A DNA stretch of 64,000 nucleotides from the human T2T-CHM13v2.0 reference genome, Homo sapiens: assembly GCF_009914755.1 (NCBI RefSeq), contig NC_060926.1. The stretch is one strand, 5' to 3'. Position numbers and translations under genes: made by a program. Positions 23,612 to 40,644 of the stretch are shown here, in pieces; position 1 is the stretch's first letter, and each line of letters starts with the position of its first letter. A model generated the notes under the pieces. The model was not told the origin of the DNA, did not search any database, and saw only the letters and a list, made by a program, of their open reading frames with translations.

Positions 23612-26600
23612 AACTTTGGGAGCCTCTGAGTGTGCACGTGTGCATGTGTGTGCGTGGGCGGGTGCATTTGCGTGTGCATGTTTCCTGTGAGAGAATGCAT
23701 GGCGAACGGAAATCAGACTCGGTCACCATTTGGTTTATCTCCTTGGTTCACTTTGACTGCTCTACACTGTTAAATTGTTTCTATTATTTGTCATCTATGC
23801 TTTCATTTATAACCAAAGTGGACCGCTTTGGCTATAAAAAGTGACAAAGACAGGAAACATAAAAAACATTTATGTGGAGCCACCCCAAGTTAATGAGGAG
23901 CCTAAGAATGATAATTCTGCAAATTTGCCTCAAGGTTGTTTTTACCAGATCCATAAGTTGTGATCATCTATCTGATCCAAGTTCTTATATAGGTCATCTA
24001 AATGTCTTTAGTACATCAAATGAGAGGAAGAAAGAAGGGTGTGGGGGGCAGATAATACAGAGATAATTTAACCAGCTTGCCTTTTATTGATTAGAAAAAA
24101 TTATTACCAGCAATGTGTTATTTGGAAGAAGGACTTATAAATCTCTCTCCGAATCTCGCTTTATCTCATCATTTAGATAACATTTGAACATTACTAAAAC
24201 ACTGCAGTTGATTTTCCTTACGCTCAAAAATGCACGAATTCTAACGATCGGGTCACAAAAGCAGTTTTTATCTATTTTTAAAGCTGATGCACATAATTAA
24301 GTTTCAATTATGTTTTAGATATGTTGGTCCCCAAACCAAAATGTCATTTTTTATTTGTCAACAAATCAGTCTTTCCTTGCACAACTAATTTAAAGGAAAT
24401 GAAATGTTGTGTATAACGTTAAATGGGAAAATGTTGAAATGTGTCTTTATATATAATGAACGTTATTAAAAAATGGTCTTTTAATGCTCATTTAATATAA
24501 TCCTTGAATAATATACTCATATAAAATATTTAACTAAAAATCTTTTTTACCATAAGCCATGCAAAAATGATAAAATGATTTTTTTTAATTGTAGGGGGTT
24601 TGTGAAATTATAGATTACTGTGAAAGGAGTTCATTAGTCAAAAACAGAATTGGAAATGCTGATCTAGAGACACAAAGCCCAGGGATTTCAGGAGGGAGCT
24701 GGAGAAGGGGAGAGAAGTGAGGGTGGGGAACAACCAGTCCCCGCCTGCTAAGGAATGTATGGCTTCCTCCTTGGGCGCCAGCAAATACCTCTCTCTCCAG
24801 GGCCGGCCAGACCAGGGTCCCATAGCAAATGCCAAAAGCTAGCCAGAGGTGAGGGCATTTAGGAGTGTTGCCTTTGAGTTCATCCTTCAAAGAACGCAAC
24901 GCTGGGCAGGTAGCAGGGTGAGCCCCCTGCCTGCGTCCTACCCTGGTGTGGGGATAGGGAGTGAGCTGGAGACACAGATGAAAGGAAGCCAGTGTCCCCC
25001 CAGACTGCAGCCCCGAAAGGAGCAGCCCTTGGCTGATCCCCGCTAAGCTGCTTTGCCAGCTTGCCTTAGATTAGACTGGGTGTACTGGGTGCAGGCGACA
25101 TCATTTCTGAGAACTGGCTGTCACATGACTTGGCAGAACAATAGCAGCCAGGTGGAATTTTGTTCCTTGTACCATTTGTGAGCACTGGAAGGACCACAGG
25201 ACAATAGTGATCCAGGCTGGGTCTCTTTCTTCATAGGGCACAAATCAAAGCCCAGAGAGGTGGGAAGAGGCCGCCCAGGGCCTCAGGGTGGCCAAGAGCA
25301 TGCTGTGTATACATTCTCCCAGGCTCCCATGTGTGCATTCTTCCAGTGTTCTGGGACAAGGGTGTGTGCCATTTCAAAGATACTGATCACAGAGGATGAC
25401 TGCACCCTTCCCATGCCTGGGGAGTGCCTTTGAGGTGGGGAGATGGCCTCAGGGTCATGGGAAAGGCTCTTGGGAGGGACAACTGGGTTCTGGAAGGCTG
25501 TGGGAAGCGGGGAGGAGGGGATGAGTAGGGCAGAGGGTTAACTTACGCAACAGCAGAAACCATTCTACTGTACTCAGGCTCTGCAGGTGTTTTGTGACCC
25601 TCCTGCAGGAACATTTATTTGTATCTGTTCCAGCTGGTTGACCTGCCACAACCCATCCTCAAATGTATCAATCCAAGGTACTATTATTTATGGAATCATT
25701 GACTCATGAGCTCCCCAGGGCTCCCCTGCCAAGTGACTTCCCGGCGGCCACTGGTCACCTCCAGGAGCAGGAGCTCCTAGCCCAACTGAGGGGAGGCCCC
25801 TCTTCCATCAGCTTTTCCCCTCCAGTTCTGGTTCTTTCTGCCCCTCGGGGTCTCCCAGTGCGCACCTGGTCCGCCTGCTACAGGAAGGCCTTTCAGGCAT
25901 GTAAAGAAGCAAAGACACCCTCCCCGCTGCTGCAAATAAACGCCCAATCTGCAAGAATGTCTCCTGCCCTGGCTCACACATACTTTTCATGTACTTTTGG
26001 CATCTGAGTCACGTCTCTAAATGGGCTGCAGTTTGTCAACATCCCATGGAAAGTATGGCCCGAGAATCCAGTGCAGCACTCAGAGCCGTGACTGGGACAG
26101 CAAAGGGCCAGGTTGCCAGCTCTTTCTGCCAAGGTCTCAGTGCACAGCTGGACCCAGCCTCAGCTGACAGCTCTTCTGGAAGCTTCTGCGTTCTAGCGGG
26201 GGGTGATACAGTCTGCCATGAGGGTGAAGTACACATGACGCACCCTGAAATCTAACCTCTAACAGAGCCACATGTGTCATTCAGAAAAGAACATTGCTTT
26301 CAAGGCCTTTTCTTATTCTAACCAGAAAAGTGATAGCACTCTTTTATAGAGTGATGTGGATTTGAGCCATTAAACGATTTGCTTACTGATACCCAGGCCT
26401 CTTGATCTGGCATTTCATATCCCAGGTGACCGCTGCATGGTGCCTCTGAATGTCCCTACTCTTTTTCCCAAAACAGTACCTAACAGGAGCTCAGGTCTCC
26501 TGACTCCACAAGAAGGTGCTGGCTAATTGCACAGCCGAAAACTGTGCAAGAGCCAGTTTGAAAGGGGGCCACACGTTGATCATTCTGGGCTGAATATTTT

Positions 26601-28828
26601 TGCGGCGTTCTATATTTACACCAAAATGGAGGTGAACTTAACAATACGGTGTTACCACAGGAAATGAATGAATCTGTCAAAAATCACTCTTTTACTGAAT
26701 GACTTCTTTAACCTGAGCTGCCAGAAAAGTCTCTCACAGTGGGAAGTCATGCTTTAGATGGTGTGTCCTGATGAAAAATTGATATTGGCGGAAATAACAT
26801 TTTTTAAAACTTCTAGGTGTTAACAGTAACTTTGAGTTCTCTGTGAGGCTCAGAGGGGTGGCGTGTTCTGCGTGGCCACATCCGTGTTTATTAGTTTATG
26901 GCCTTCTGCTGTGGCATTTCATCATCACAGCAAAATTGCAACCTTTCAGCGCCTGCGGACAGTCACGTTAAAATGGCTTTGAGGGAGAGATGGCTCATGT
27001 GGTCAGGCGTTTTGGTGTCACACTCAATTGGCTAAACATAGTAATTTTGGGGTCTACTATTGACTAATTTGGGTAATTCACCTACTGGGAAATATTTTAA
27101 GATAAAAATGTAAAATCCTGTCAGTGTATGAGCAAGGTCCTTGATGTCAGTTTTGTGACATATTTTTAAACACTGGAATCTGTTCTGTGGAATATTCTGG
27201 CATGTTGTAGTTAAGTAAAACAATGTTGGGAGCCCATCAGCTGTCTGTTTGCCCATCTTCCTGTGCTCATGGAGGCTCCTATCAGGGTGGTTATTTTATA
27301 CCTGGGCGGCTCCCGTTTAATAGAGAATGCCATTAACAAGCGTGCCAGAGTCTGTCTCTGCCTGCAGCCTTGATTAGCCATCAGCATGCGTGAAAACTCA
27401 TTTCTTGATTGGTGTCGAAATATGTCACACCCTGATGGAGCATTGCAGGCTATCACTGCTAACGGATTAATGACAGAGCACCTGCCGCATGGCCTCATCC
27501 ACGACAGCTGCCATCCAGAGAGAACAGAGTTTGGACCATGTCCGCAGAAGGCCTTGGAGTGTTGACGTGGGCAGGTCTAGGAATCTGCATGGGCAGAAAT
27601 GTAGGGGAGCTGAGTCACTCTGCGGCAAGTGGCTGTGTCTTCCGCTGTCCCCCTGCATGTGAGGCTTGGGACCTGAAGGCCCATTTTCCCACAGTGATGT
27701 TGCGAGGTAGGTGTTTAGGGTCTGGCATGGGTATAGGATTTCACTAGTTTCCCTCAACTTCTATCCCTCCTTCCTGGCACTCCATAGTCACTTTACTATG
27801 CTTTGTCTTTTGCTGTGATGGGTGTCCCGGTCTCAGCTCCTCTCGCCTACCTGCACCAACAATGACCACACAACTGTTGTGTGCAGGCACCATTGCCAGA
27901 GTGCATCATACAGGTCGTCAGTCCCTTGGAGGCAAGAAAGGTACCTTGTTTACCATCCTACCCCCCGCCACACACACACTTAATTATGTTATATGATTGA
28001 TACTCAGGGTTTCAGTGGCTGTTGTGAGTCAAATTGTCATTTGTGGCCGAGTGGTGAACAATGTCCCTCTTCTCGTGCCCAAACCTGAGGGCTGAATTGG
28101 AACTTGGCATACCCTGAAAATTTCAAAAGATTTTACATGATGCAAGGAATGATTTGGGGCCGTTGGCTCCCCCAACAGAACCAGCAAAGCCTCCCGGTAC
28201 TTCTTTAGTATTTTGCTTTGCAATGTCCCAGCCTTTCCCTTTAAGTCTCCTTTTCGGACAATATATAGAAAGTTCTACACCACATCTCTCAGCCCAGGTT
28301 AAGCGAGGCTGGACTCTGGGTTCTCATCCTGATTCTGCTGCCAGCTCAAGGTATAGCTTTGGTTGGGCTAGTGTCTTCTCTCTGGGCCTTGACTCCCCTG
28401 TGTGCACAGCGAGGGAGTTTGGAACTCATGGCCAACTCTTTGGGTGAGGATCGTGAGCATCCACCTCTCCCCAACACCAGCCTGCACTTGGGTACATATG
28501 TTCACATACACACAGGCAAGCACGTGTGCATACATGCTCAGCTGGGCCCTGCTCTGTCACTGATGAGCCAGGGCCTCTAAGATCTGTTCTCTCCATGTGA
28601 GTTGCTTTTGTGCAGCCCAGGGAGCCATGGTTGCTGGCGCTGGGGCCTTGGTGCCCACATGTCCCTGGGAGAGGTTGCACTGTACAATGATATGTGCTCC
28701 TCAGCGTGTAAACCACCACCCAGCCCTGAGGGACAGAGCTTTGGTTGTGGGGGTCTCACTGCATTCTACAGATGTTTCTTTTGTGCTTTCAAAGTAACAT
28801 AATTGCCTCATCAAAAGTTTGTGAAACA

Positions 28829-29140
28829 GGCTGGGCGCAGTGGCTCACTCCTGTAATCCCAGCACTTTGGGAGGCCGAGGTGGGCGGATTACCTGAGGTC
28901 CGGAGTTTGAGACCAGCCTGGCCAACATGGTGAAACCTCGTCTCTACTGAAAATACAAAAATTAGCCAGGCATGGTGGCGGACGCCTGTAATCTCAGCTA
29001 CCCTGGAAGCTAAGGCAGGGAGAATTGCTTGAACCTGGGAGGCAGAAGTTTCAGTGAGCTGAGATCGTGCCACTGTACTCCAGCCTGGATGACAGAGCAA
29101 GACTCTGTCTAAGAAAAAAAAAGAAAAAAGAAAAAAAAAA
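28829..29140 (+). mobile_element. Full-length AluS
   Basis: Dimeric Alu; TSD AAAAGTTTGTGAAACA / AAAAATTTGGGAAACA. Confidence 0.95.
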
Positions 29141-29264
29141 TTTGGGAAACAGATAGGAGGGGAAGGGAAATCACCTATAACACCCCTTTCCCTTCCAACA
29201 GCTACCACTATCATTTTGTAAGTTTCCTTCTAGTGACTTTTTAAATTTATATTTTTTCAATTTT

Positions 29265-29465
29265 TTTAATACTTGGCACTATAATAGGCACTTTACATAT
29301 ATTAACTACTTGAATCTTCTCAACAGTCCTCCTGGATAAAAATGAATGAATCTCATTTTACAGATGAGAAAACCGAGTAGAGGTTGAGTTGCTGGGTATA
29401 TTCAGCTTGCTGGGGCTGGGATTTGAACCCTTGCCGTGTGACTCTGGACCCTCTCTTCCTTCCAC
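29265..29465 (-). mobile_element. MIR
   Basis: CATTTTACAGATGAGAAAACCGAG...GGGATTTGAACCC. Confidence 0.8.
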
Positions 29466-29470
29466 CAGTG

Positions 29471-29658
29471 CAGTGGTTATCAAATTTCACCTGTCTGAAA
29501 GTCACCTGGAAGACTTGTTAAACCTATTCCTGGGCCTCACTTCCAGAGTGTGCGATTCAGTGAAGCTGGGTGAGGGAGGCCTGCCATCCTGCACTTCCAG
29601 CAAGCCCCCAAGCAATGCCAGTGTTGCTGGTATGGAAACCATATGTTGAGAACAATTG
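29471..29658. mobile_element. MER5A-type hAT MITE
   Basis: TIRs CAGTGGTTATCAA / TTGAGAACAATTG; ~190 bp; internal TCACCTGGAAGACTTGTTAAA. Confidence 0.75.
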
Positions 29659-30970
29659 TACTAGTCCATACTGCTGCCTTGTGAAGACCTCATCCTCTAT
29701 CCTGATTTCCCCACTCATTCTGAAAGAATTCCACTGTGTTACTATTTGGCTTCACACAGATCACTTACAGTGACTACATGAGATGACGCATGTTCTAAAA
29801 GGAATCTGTTGCTTGTTTGATGCTTTGGAATTCACAAACCTGCCTTAGCTCAGAGCCCAGGAAAATCACCCACAGTTAAATCCCTCCCTGAGAAGGACTC
29901 TCTGGGCCCTCCAGCTGGCCCAAAAGGGACAGGTGCCTGAGATCATTACATCAGTGCCCAGTGCCGTTCAGTTACATAAATCTGACCCATTCTTCAAGGC
30001 ACTGTTCAGCTTTCACATTCCCCAGGAAACTCACCCTGCCTACCTCAGCCCACAGGATCTCTTCCTTGCTGAGCCCCTGATACCTGTGCTACTGTGGTCA
30101 GTGGTCTAGGTTAGAACCCGGGAACTAATTTTTTCTCTTCTAGATAGTGAGCGGCCCTTGGGTAGCATTTGGTCCAGCCCTTCCATTTTACAGATGGTAA
30201 AACCGAGGCCCAGAGGCAAAAAGAATTGTCTCAGGTCAGAGTGCTGTGTCTATAAACTCCATTTTGAATTAATTCTTGACAAACACAGTTAGACCTTACA
30301 GTTGGTTTACATTTACTTCTTAAAATGACTTCCCAGATATCCCTACACTGAAAGGATGCAGACTTGAAATAGACGGACACAACAGATACTCCTTTCTCCC
30401 TGCTGTGCAGCCTGGAGGGTGTCCCCAGAGCTGCTGCAGTGGTCTTGCTGGAAAACCCCTCTAGCACCTGTGTAGAAGCATCAGGAGGAGCTGCCTCTAT
30501 TCTGTGTCCCATTCCAGACATTTCAGAGGTGTATGTGGAGTCCATGGCACCAACAGGTCTTCCTACTCTCCCGAGGCTGGAGCTGAGTTTACAGGTGTCC
30601 AGAGTTGGCAGATGGGTCCTTTATCTAAATGTGTGACCCTGTGTTCAGAGCTCAAGGCATAGAACAGCAGTGCAGTGAATAAGACCACAGCTGGTTTTTC
30701 TCCGTGGGAAGGAAATATGCCTGGAGGCTTCTGATTTCATTATCTAACAAGTGTATTTTCTCTGATGTGGGCTCAAAATGGGGAAAGAATAATTATTCCC
30801 AGCAGCCCCACCTCTGCCGTCTCCCGTTCCGGGACTCCCTTGACAGGCTCCTCGCCAGCCCTGCTCCTCCGCCGGCAGCTGCCCCTCAGTAGCTGCCGTG
30901 AACATGGGCAGTGGGAGATTATTCTTCATTTCAATTTCATTCTTTTTTTTCTTATTAAAAAAGCAGTGAA

Positions 30971-31282
30971 GGCCGGGCGCGGTGGCTCACGCCTGTAATC
31001 CCAGCACTTTGGGAGGCCTAGGCGGGTGGATCATTGAGGTCAGGAGATCGAGACCATCCTGGCTAACACGGTGAAACCCCGTCTCTACTAAAAGTACAAA
31101 AAAATTAGCTGGGCGTTGTGGCGGGCGCCTGTAGTCCCAGCTACTCGGGAGGCTGAGGCAGGAGAATGGCGTGAACCCGGGAGGCAGAGCTTGCAGTAGT
31201 CAGCCGAGCCGAGATTGCGCCACTGTACTCCAGCCTGGGCGACAGAGTGAGACTCCATCTCAAAAAAAAAAAAAAAAAAAAA
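30971..31282 (+). mobile_element. AluY with 8-nt insertion
   Basis: AluY diagnostics (ATCCTGGCTAACACGG, GAATGGCGTGAACCC); perfect TSD AAAAAAGCAGTGAA. Confidence 0.95.
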
Positions 31283-31769
31283 GCAGTGAAAACACATGTT
31301 CATTATTTAAAAATCAGAAAATATGAACCAAAAAGAAATGAATGAAAATACCTCATAATACCACCCGCCCCAGGGATAACCACAGTTTAAAACTATGGAC
31401 GTCAATTCCAGATCACCATTTCTCGAAGTTTCCTCAATCTCTTTCTTGTTTCGGGTTTTGATGCACATATAAACACGCTATTTAGTGCTATCATTTCATT
31501 TTACTGTACATGAAAGTATGCTTATGCATAGTGGAATCTGCTTTTTTCACTTAGAGAATCTTGGGTACCTTTCATGTCAATGGTTGAAAAATCTAATTCG
31601 TCCTTGTTAAATAGTATTTAATAATTAATAATGCCAAAGCATTGATTGACATAATCTGCCTTTATTGGTTATTTAAATTATCTTCAAATTTTGCCCTACG
31701 AGCAACACACCTATCTGTGCTCTTAGCTGGTTACAGTTATTTCCCTGGTTATTTTTTAAATGGGGAAGC

Positions 31770-32380
31770 TTTCTATTCATTTGTTGGAGGAAATATTTTC
31801 CAGTCACATGCTGTGTGCCAGCCATGGTGCCCCATTCTGGGGATTCAACAGTGCCTGAGACAAGGTCCCTGTCCTTGCACTTCAGGAAAAGGGGCATGGC
31901 TTATCAGTAATACACATGTAGATTTAAAAGACCATTGCAGATTGTGATAAGTGCTGTAAAAAATCAACAGGGTGGTGGGATTGAGGGAGAAGGCAGCGGA
32001 GCTCCTGTGACAGAGCTCAGGGAAACCTCTCTGAGGAGGCGTTTTTGAGCTGAGACCTGCAAGAGAGGCAGCCAGGGCTGGAGGAGCTGTGCAGGTGCTG
32101 AGGCAGGAGGGGCTGGTGCCCCTGAGGCTGGAAAGGCAACAGAGCAGAGGGAGTCGGGGGCAACTGGTCTAAGAAGAAGTTGAAGTTGGCTGGAGCCAGG
32201 TCACTCAGGTTTCCATTGGCTGCAGCCAGTATGTATATTTCATTCCAAGAACTATCAATGGCAGGGAGGATGAAGAGACAGGAAAGGGCATGGTGAGGGA
32301 GACAGGGGTTGCGAGTGGGGGAAGGCACAGAGAAAGGAAGGAATCAAAGGGGACTTTGGGGTTCATCCAGGAGGGTCCTG
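31770..32380 (-). mobile_element. L2
   Basis: TGTGTGCCAGCC...CTCTCTGAGGAGGCGTTTTTGAGCTGAGACCTG. Confidence 0.7.
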
Positions 32381-32990
32381 GTGCTGATTCCTTGCTGACA
32401 TTCAGAGTGTGTGCCCTCCGTTGTCTTGATAAAGGGAGGGGAGCACCTCCTGCCGTCTGGCCGGTGCCCCTTCTGGTGGCAGAGCACCCTTGGGTCAGCG
32501 AGCGCTTTTCTGCTCCTGCAAAGTCCCGCCAGCCTCTAAGAGGGTGGATTTCTATGCCAGAGGCCTGGGTCTCCACCAGCAAAAGAGTAAGTTCATGGCA
32601 AGAAACCCCTCCAGAACATGTGTTGAAATCCTTTTGCAGAGTTACCAGTGCACCTGAATTATGGTGGCTACAAAGCTGCTAGGGCATTCCCCGGATCCGA
32701 GCTTGGAGGAGGCCAAGACTGGGCAATTTTTCTGACTTTACTGCACCATCATCCCCATGAGGGAATCTGGTGTTGGGGGAGGAGGGGCAGGGAGTGGCCG
32801 CGGAGGCCACTGGCTCATACTTGACCTGGCAGTGCTGTCCAGGTGTCCTGGCACCTGTGGGACATTGGTCTGGGGACAAAGTACATCCCCAGCAGCAGCT
32901 GGTAAGAGAAGGGTGCTGCCTACGTTATGTAGGCAAATGGATTTCCAACTAAATTTCACAAAGCAATGATGGTGTCTTGACAAAAAATGA

Positions 32991-33290
32991 GCGCTGGGCA
33001 GGGTGGCTTACACTTGTAATCCCAGCACTTTGAGAGGTTGAAGTAGGAGGACCGCTTGAAGCCAGGAGTTCAAGACTAGCCCAGGCAACATAATGAGACT
33101 CTCATCTCTACGAAAAAAATTTTTTAAAAATTGCTGGGCATGGTGGTGCACACCTGTAGTCCGAGCTATTCCAGAGGCTGAGGAGGGAGACTTGCCTGAG
33201 CTCAAGAGTTTGAGGCTGCAGTAAGTTACAATCACACCACCGCACTCCAGCCTGGGCAATAGAGCAAGACCATGTCTCTAAGAGAAAAAA
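32991..33290 (+). mobile_element. AluJ
   Basis: J diagnostics (GAGTTTGAGGCTGCAGT); TSD AAAAAATGA. Confidence 0.9.
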
Positions 33291-33399
33291 TGAACAGTTA
33301 ACTGTTCAAGATCCAAGTGCAGTAAGTTTCGTTAGTGTTTGAGGGTATGTGTCTGTGGGTGTGTGCAAGTGTGTAGAGCCCTTTAAAAAGCTAGGCTCC

Positions 33400-33721
<322 letters not shown>

Positions 33722-34349
33722 TCATGGCCCAAATCCAGGAGCCCTGGGCTCTGACAAAGTGCAGAGCCTTGGTTCCCATTCCCCTGGTGGGGAGAGAAAG
33801 GCCTTGTCCAAACCCTCCCCTCAGGTTAGGGCACCAGTCAAGAATGCAACCCTAATTAAAACGTGAGGCAGTCAGTCAATTACAGTTCCATCGTGGATGG
33901 AAGTTCTCCTGATTTCAAACTTGGGCCTTGTAGACGGGAAGAAAGAAAGAAGAGACATTGAGAGTCCTTCCCCCAGGCTATTTCTGGTGAGCCAGTTACT
34001 GGGGTTTTATATACATTTTCTACAAAAGAACAAATATTTGGGTCAGATGAAGTGGCTTTGCAGCAGGCTGGGTTTTGACATGCTGTAAATAGTCATCCAT
34101 AATGGGGCGAGGCTGGCTACACTGAGCCATTGCTGTGCTTAAATCCTGGTTCTCCTCGGGGCCCGTGGGCAGTCAGTCCAGCTGTGAGCTGATCACCCCT
34201 GGCCCAGCATCGTGTGGTCGAGGCAGGCTGTGCCTGTCAAAGCCTGAGAGGGGGTGGGGAGTGTCAGGCTGTCTTACCACCTGCCAGAGGGAGGCTCTGG
34301 AAGTGGGAAGAAGGGTTGGGCTGAGGCTGGCTGAGGAAACTGATGTCAT

Positions 34350-34940
34350 TGGCATAAACAAGACATAACTCTGCTTTCACAGAGCTGATGAAACGCCATT
34401 CCATAGCTCCATGTCCTCAGGGCTGGTGTGAGGCCTGAACTGGGTGTGATGGGGGTGAGGAGGATGTGAATTCACTGGGGAAAGCACCTTAAAAGTGGCA
34501 ACATTGGAGTGTGGTCTTCAGAATGGGGACTGGTGCCATGGAGACGGGGAATGTATGGTGTTGGGTAAGGTCGGGCATTAGGAGATGGCACTGGGGAGGC
34601 AGACAGAGTCAGATTTTAGATGATTGTGAAGGCCATACTGAGTTGTATCTCCTCAGGATACAGGGAGCCGTCTGGGGACTTCTGTGCATACAAGCGATGG
34701 GTCACAGGTGCACATTTGGAAGATGGCCTGTCAAGTGGAGGCTGAGCTAGGCTGGATCAGGGAAAGGCTATAGGCTGATCAGGGAGAGGCTAGAGACCAC
34801 TGGGAGCCATAGAGTCCAGGTGGATATGACAGTCCTAAACAGGACAGTCATAGCGTGACAAAGAATCCACAGGGCTGGGGAATGGTTTGGGTGACATGAT
34901 GAAGGGGAAGTCAAATTCAGCTCCCAAGTTTGGGGAATGA
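34350..34940 (-). mobile_element. L2 fragments
   Basis: TGAAGGCCATACTGAG...CAGGGAGCC...CACATTTGGAAGAT L2-like body. Confidence 0.55.
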
Positions 34941-35640
34941 GCTGCGGTTGCACGTAAATCAATTTTCTGCTCCACTAAGTTTATTCATTTAAATGCCCGA
35001 ACTTAAATTAACTCTTTTTGGATGGAAAGCTTTCTAAATAGTGACCACTGAACATCACCCTCTGCCTTTTTCAGGAAAGGAAGTAGAACATATTGTAAGC
35101 ATAGTGCGATGGGATAGTTGCTGTGAATAATTGCAGCTATCCTTATTGTCAGTTGCCTCAAGGCCTGGTGAGGTGTTTGGAACCCTTTGCCCCAGCAATG
35201 AATGGCCCCAGGCTGTTGTGCTTAGCTAGTTCTGGGTTTTCTTTCTTTCTCTCTCTCTCTCTTTTTTTTTTTTTTTTTTTAAAAAGGAAAGCTGTTGTTT
35301 CCCTCCTGGCTCTTCCCTTCTTTGCTTTCAGCTGTCATTTCTCAGTCCTAGAGCTTTCGAGACCCTCATCCTCCGGCTATTTCTAATCTTCTGCCCCGGG
35401 CTTTTCAAATCTCCAACTCCTCTTAAAGTATACAGCCTCTGTGATGGCTGTTTCCTTAACTTGTGGGTTTCTTCTTGTTGCTTCCCCTTCTATAGCTTTA
35501 TTGCAGATGACTGAGCTTTCAGTGCATGGGGATGTTTCTGTATTTCTTGCATATTCCCCGCAGTGCCTAGATGGTGCTGAGCATGTTGCTGATACTCAGT
35601 AAACATCCATGGATTTAAGAGAAGTAAATAGCCAATCAGC

Positions 35641-35642
<2 letters not shown>

Positions 35643-35700
<58 letters not shown>
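35643..35700 (+). repeat. Perfect (TG)29 microsatellite
   Basis: Direct read. Confidence 0.97.
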
Positions 35701-35702
<2 letters not shown>

Positions 35703-36870
35703 TCAGCACCAGAGAAGTTTACCTTCAGTTTCTCAAAAGCTGGAGTTGCAAAGCCATCTTTGAGAGCCAAATTTTTTTCTCCCTCAAAATATGGTCTTAA
35801 TTGTATGGTGATAGCCACAGACACCGCCTGGAAGCCTGCCTGTGCTTCAGGAGCAGAATGACTCTCCTCATTGTCTGTGGGTTTAGGCACCGAGAGCTGC
35901 ACAGATAAAAGCAGATGAGTCACAGGTGTGGATCTGCTGGGCGGCTCTTGTCGTTAGCAGTACAAAGCCACAGGTGCGCATTCAGCGCTGCGAAGCGGGA
36001 AGAGGAGCCCTGACGATTCTGAGGGTCTCAGGTCAAGTTAGTTACGTGGGGACTTGAAAATGCATTGGAGATGCAGCCTGGCTTCCGCAGCCGTGGAGAA
36101 AATGAGAATGATTTTTGCTATTTGCTTTTGGGGCACCATTTAAGCCCATGTCTTGCTAGGTCAACGTTTTCATGCCCATAGCTATAAATTAAAGAGATGC
36201 CTTAGACTTGGGAGCTGTTTCTCTGACTAGAAGCTGCGTCTGTTTATTCCCTTGCAGTTGCTAGGAGCATTGCAGACCAGAAGGAAGGAAATGGAGGATG
36301 AATGATTTTAAGCATATTTTCCAAGAGTAATGAAACCGAAAACACAAATTCCCACACACCAGAAAGGAACTGGTTTCCATCCAGTGTAGAAAAAGCTCCT
36401 GGCAAGATCCAGACTCTCTGATAATCATTCCCCTTTGCTAGGGTTTAGCTGGGCCACCGGCTTGATTGAAAGCCCGGGTTCAGCGGAATGTGTGGGCAAA
36501 GTGTACTAAGCAGGCCAAGTCTATGCAAACCAGGATCTGAATCAGTTATTTAAAACAACAGACTTGGGTAAAATCAACAGTCATTCTAATCTAGTTTATC
36601 TGGGAGCAGCAGTTTATCTCACAGAACCTCATTTAGTTCCATGAAATTGAGATTGGTTTCTTGATCTATGAGATTGCAACTTGCTGTGGTATTGTGGCCT
36701 TCCATCATTTTAATGAGGTCCTTAATGATATAATCCCACTCTTGGATGAGTTGAAGGTGGCATCCCTCTTGCTGGAGAGACTAGGATGAAAGGCATTTTC
36801 TTTTACGTAGGTGACCTGGTTTTTGTTTTCATGAATTCAGAAAGGAATTAGTAGACAACAGGTTCTGCTA

Positions 36871-40644
<3,774 letters not shown>

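Noticed and set aside
28789-29214. Alu-derived ORFs here and at 5542, 31088, 33491, 43621 and 57197
   Set aside because: Standard Alu translations
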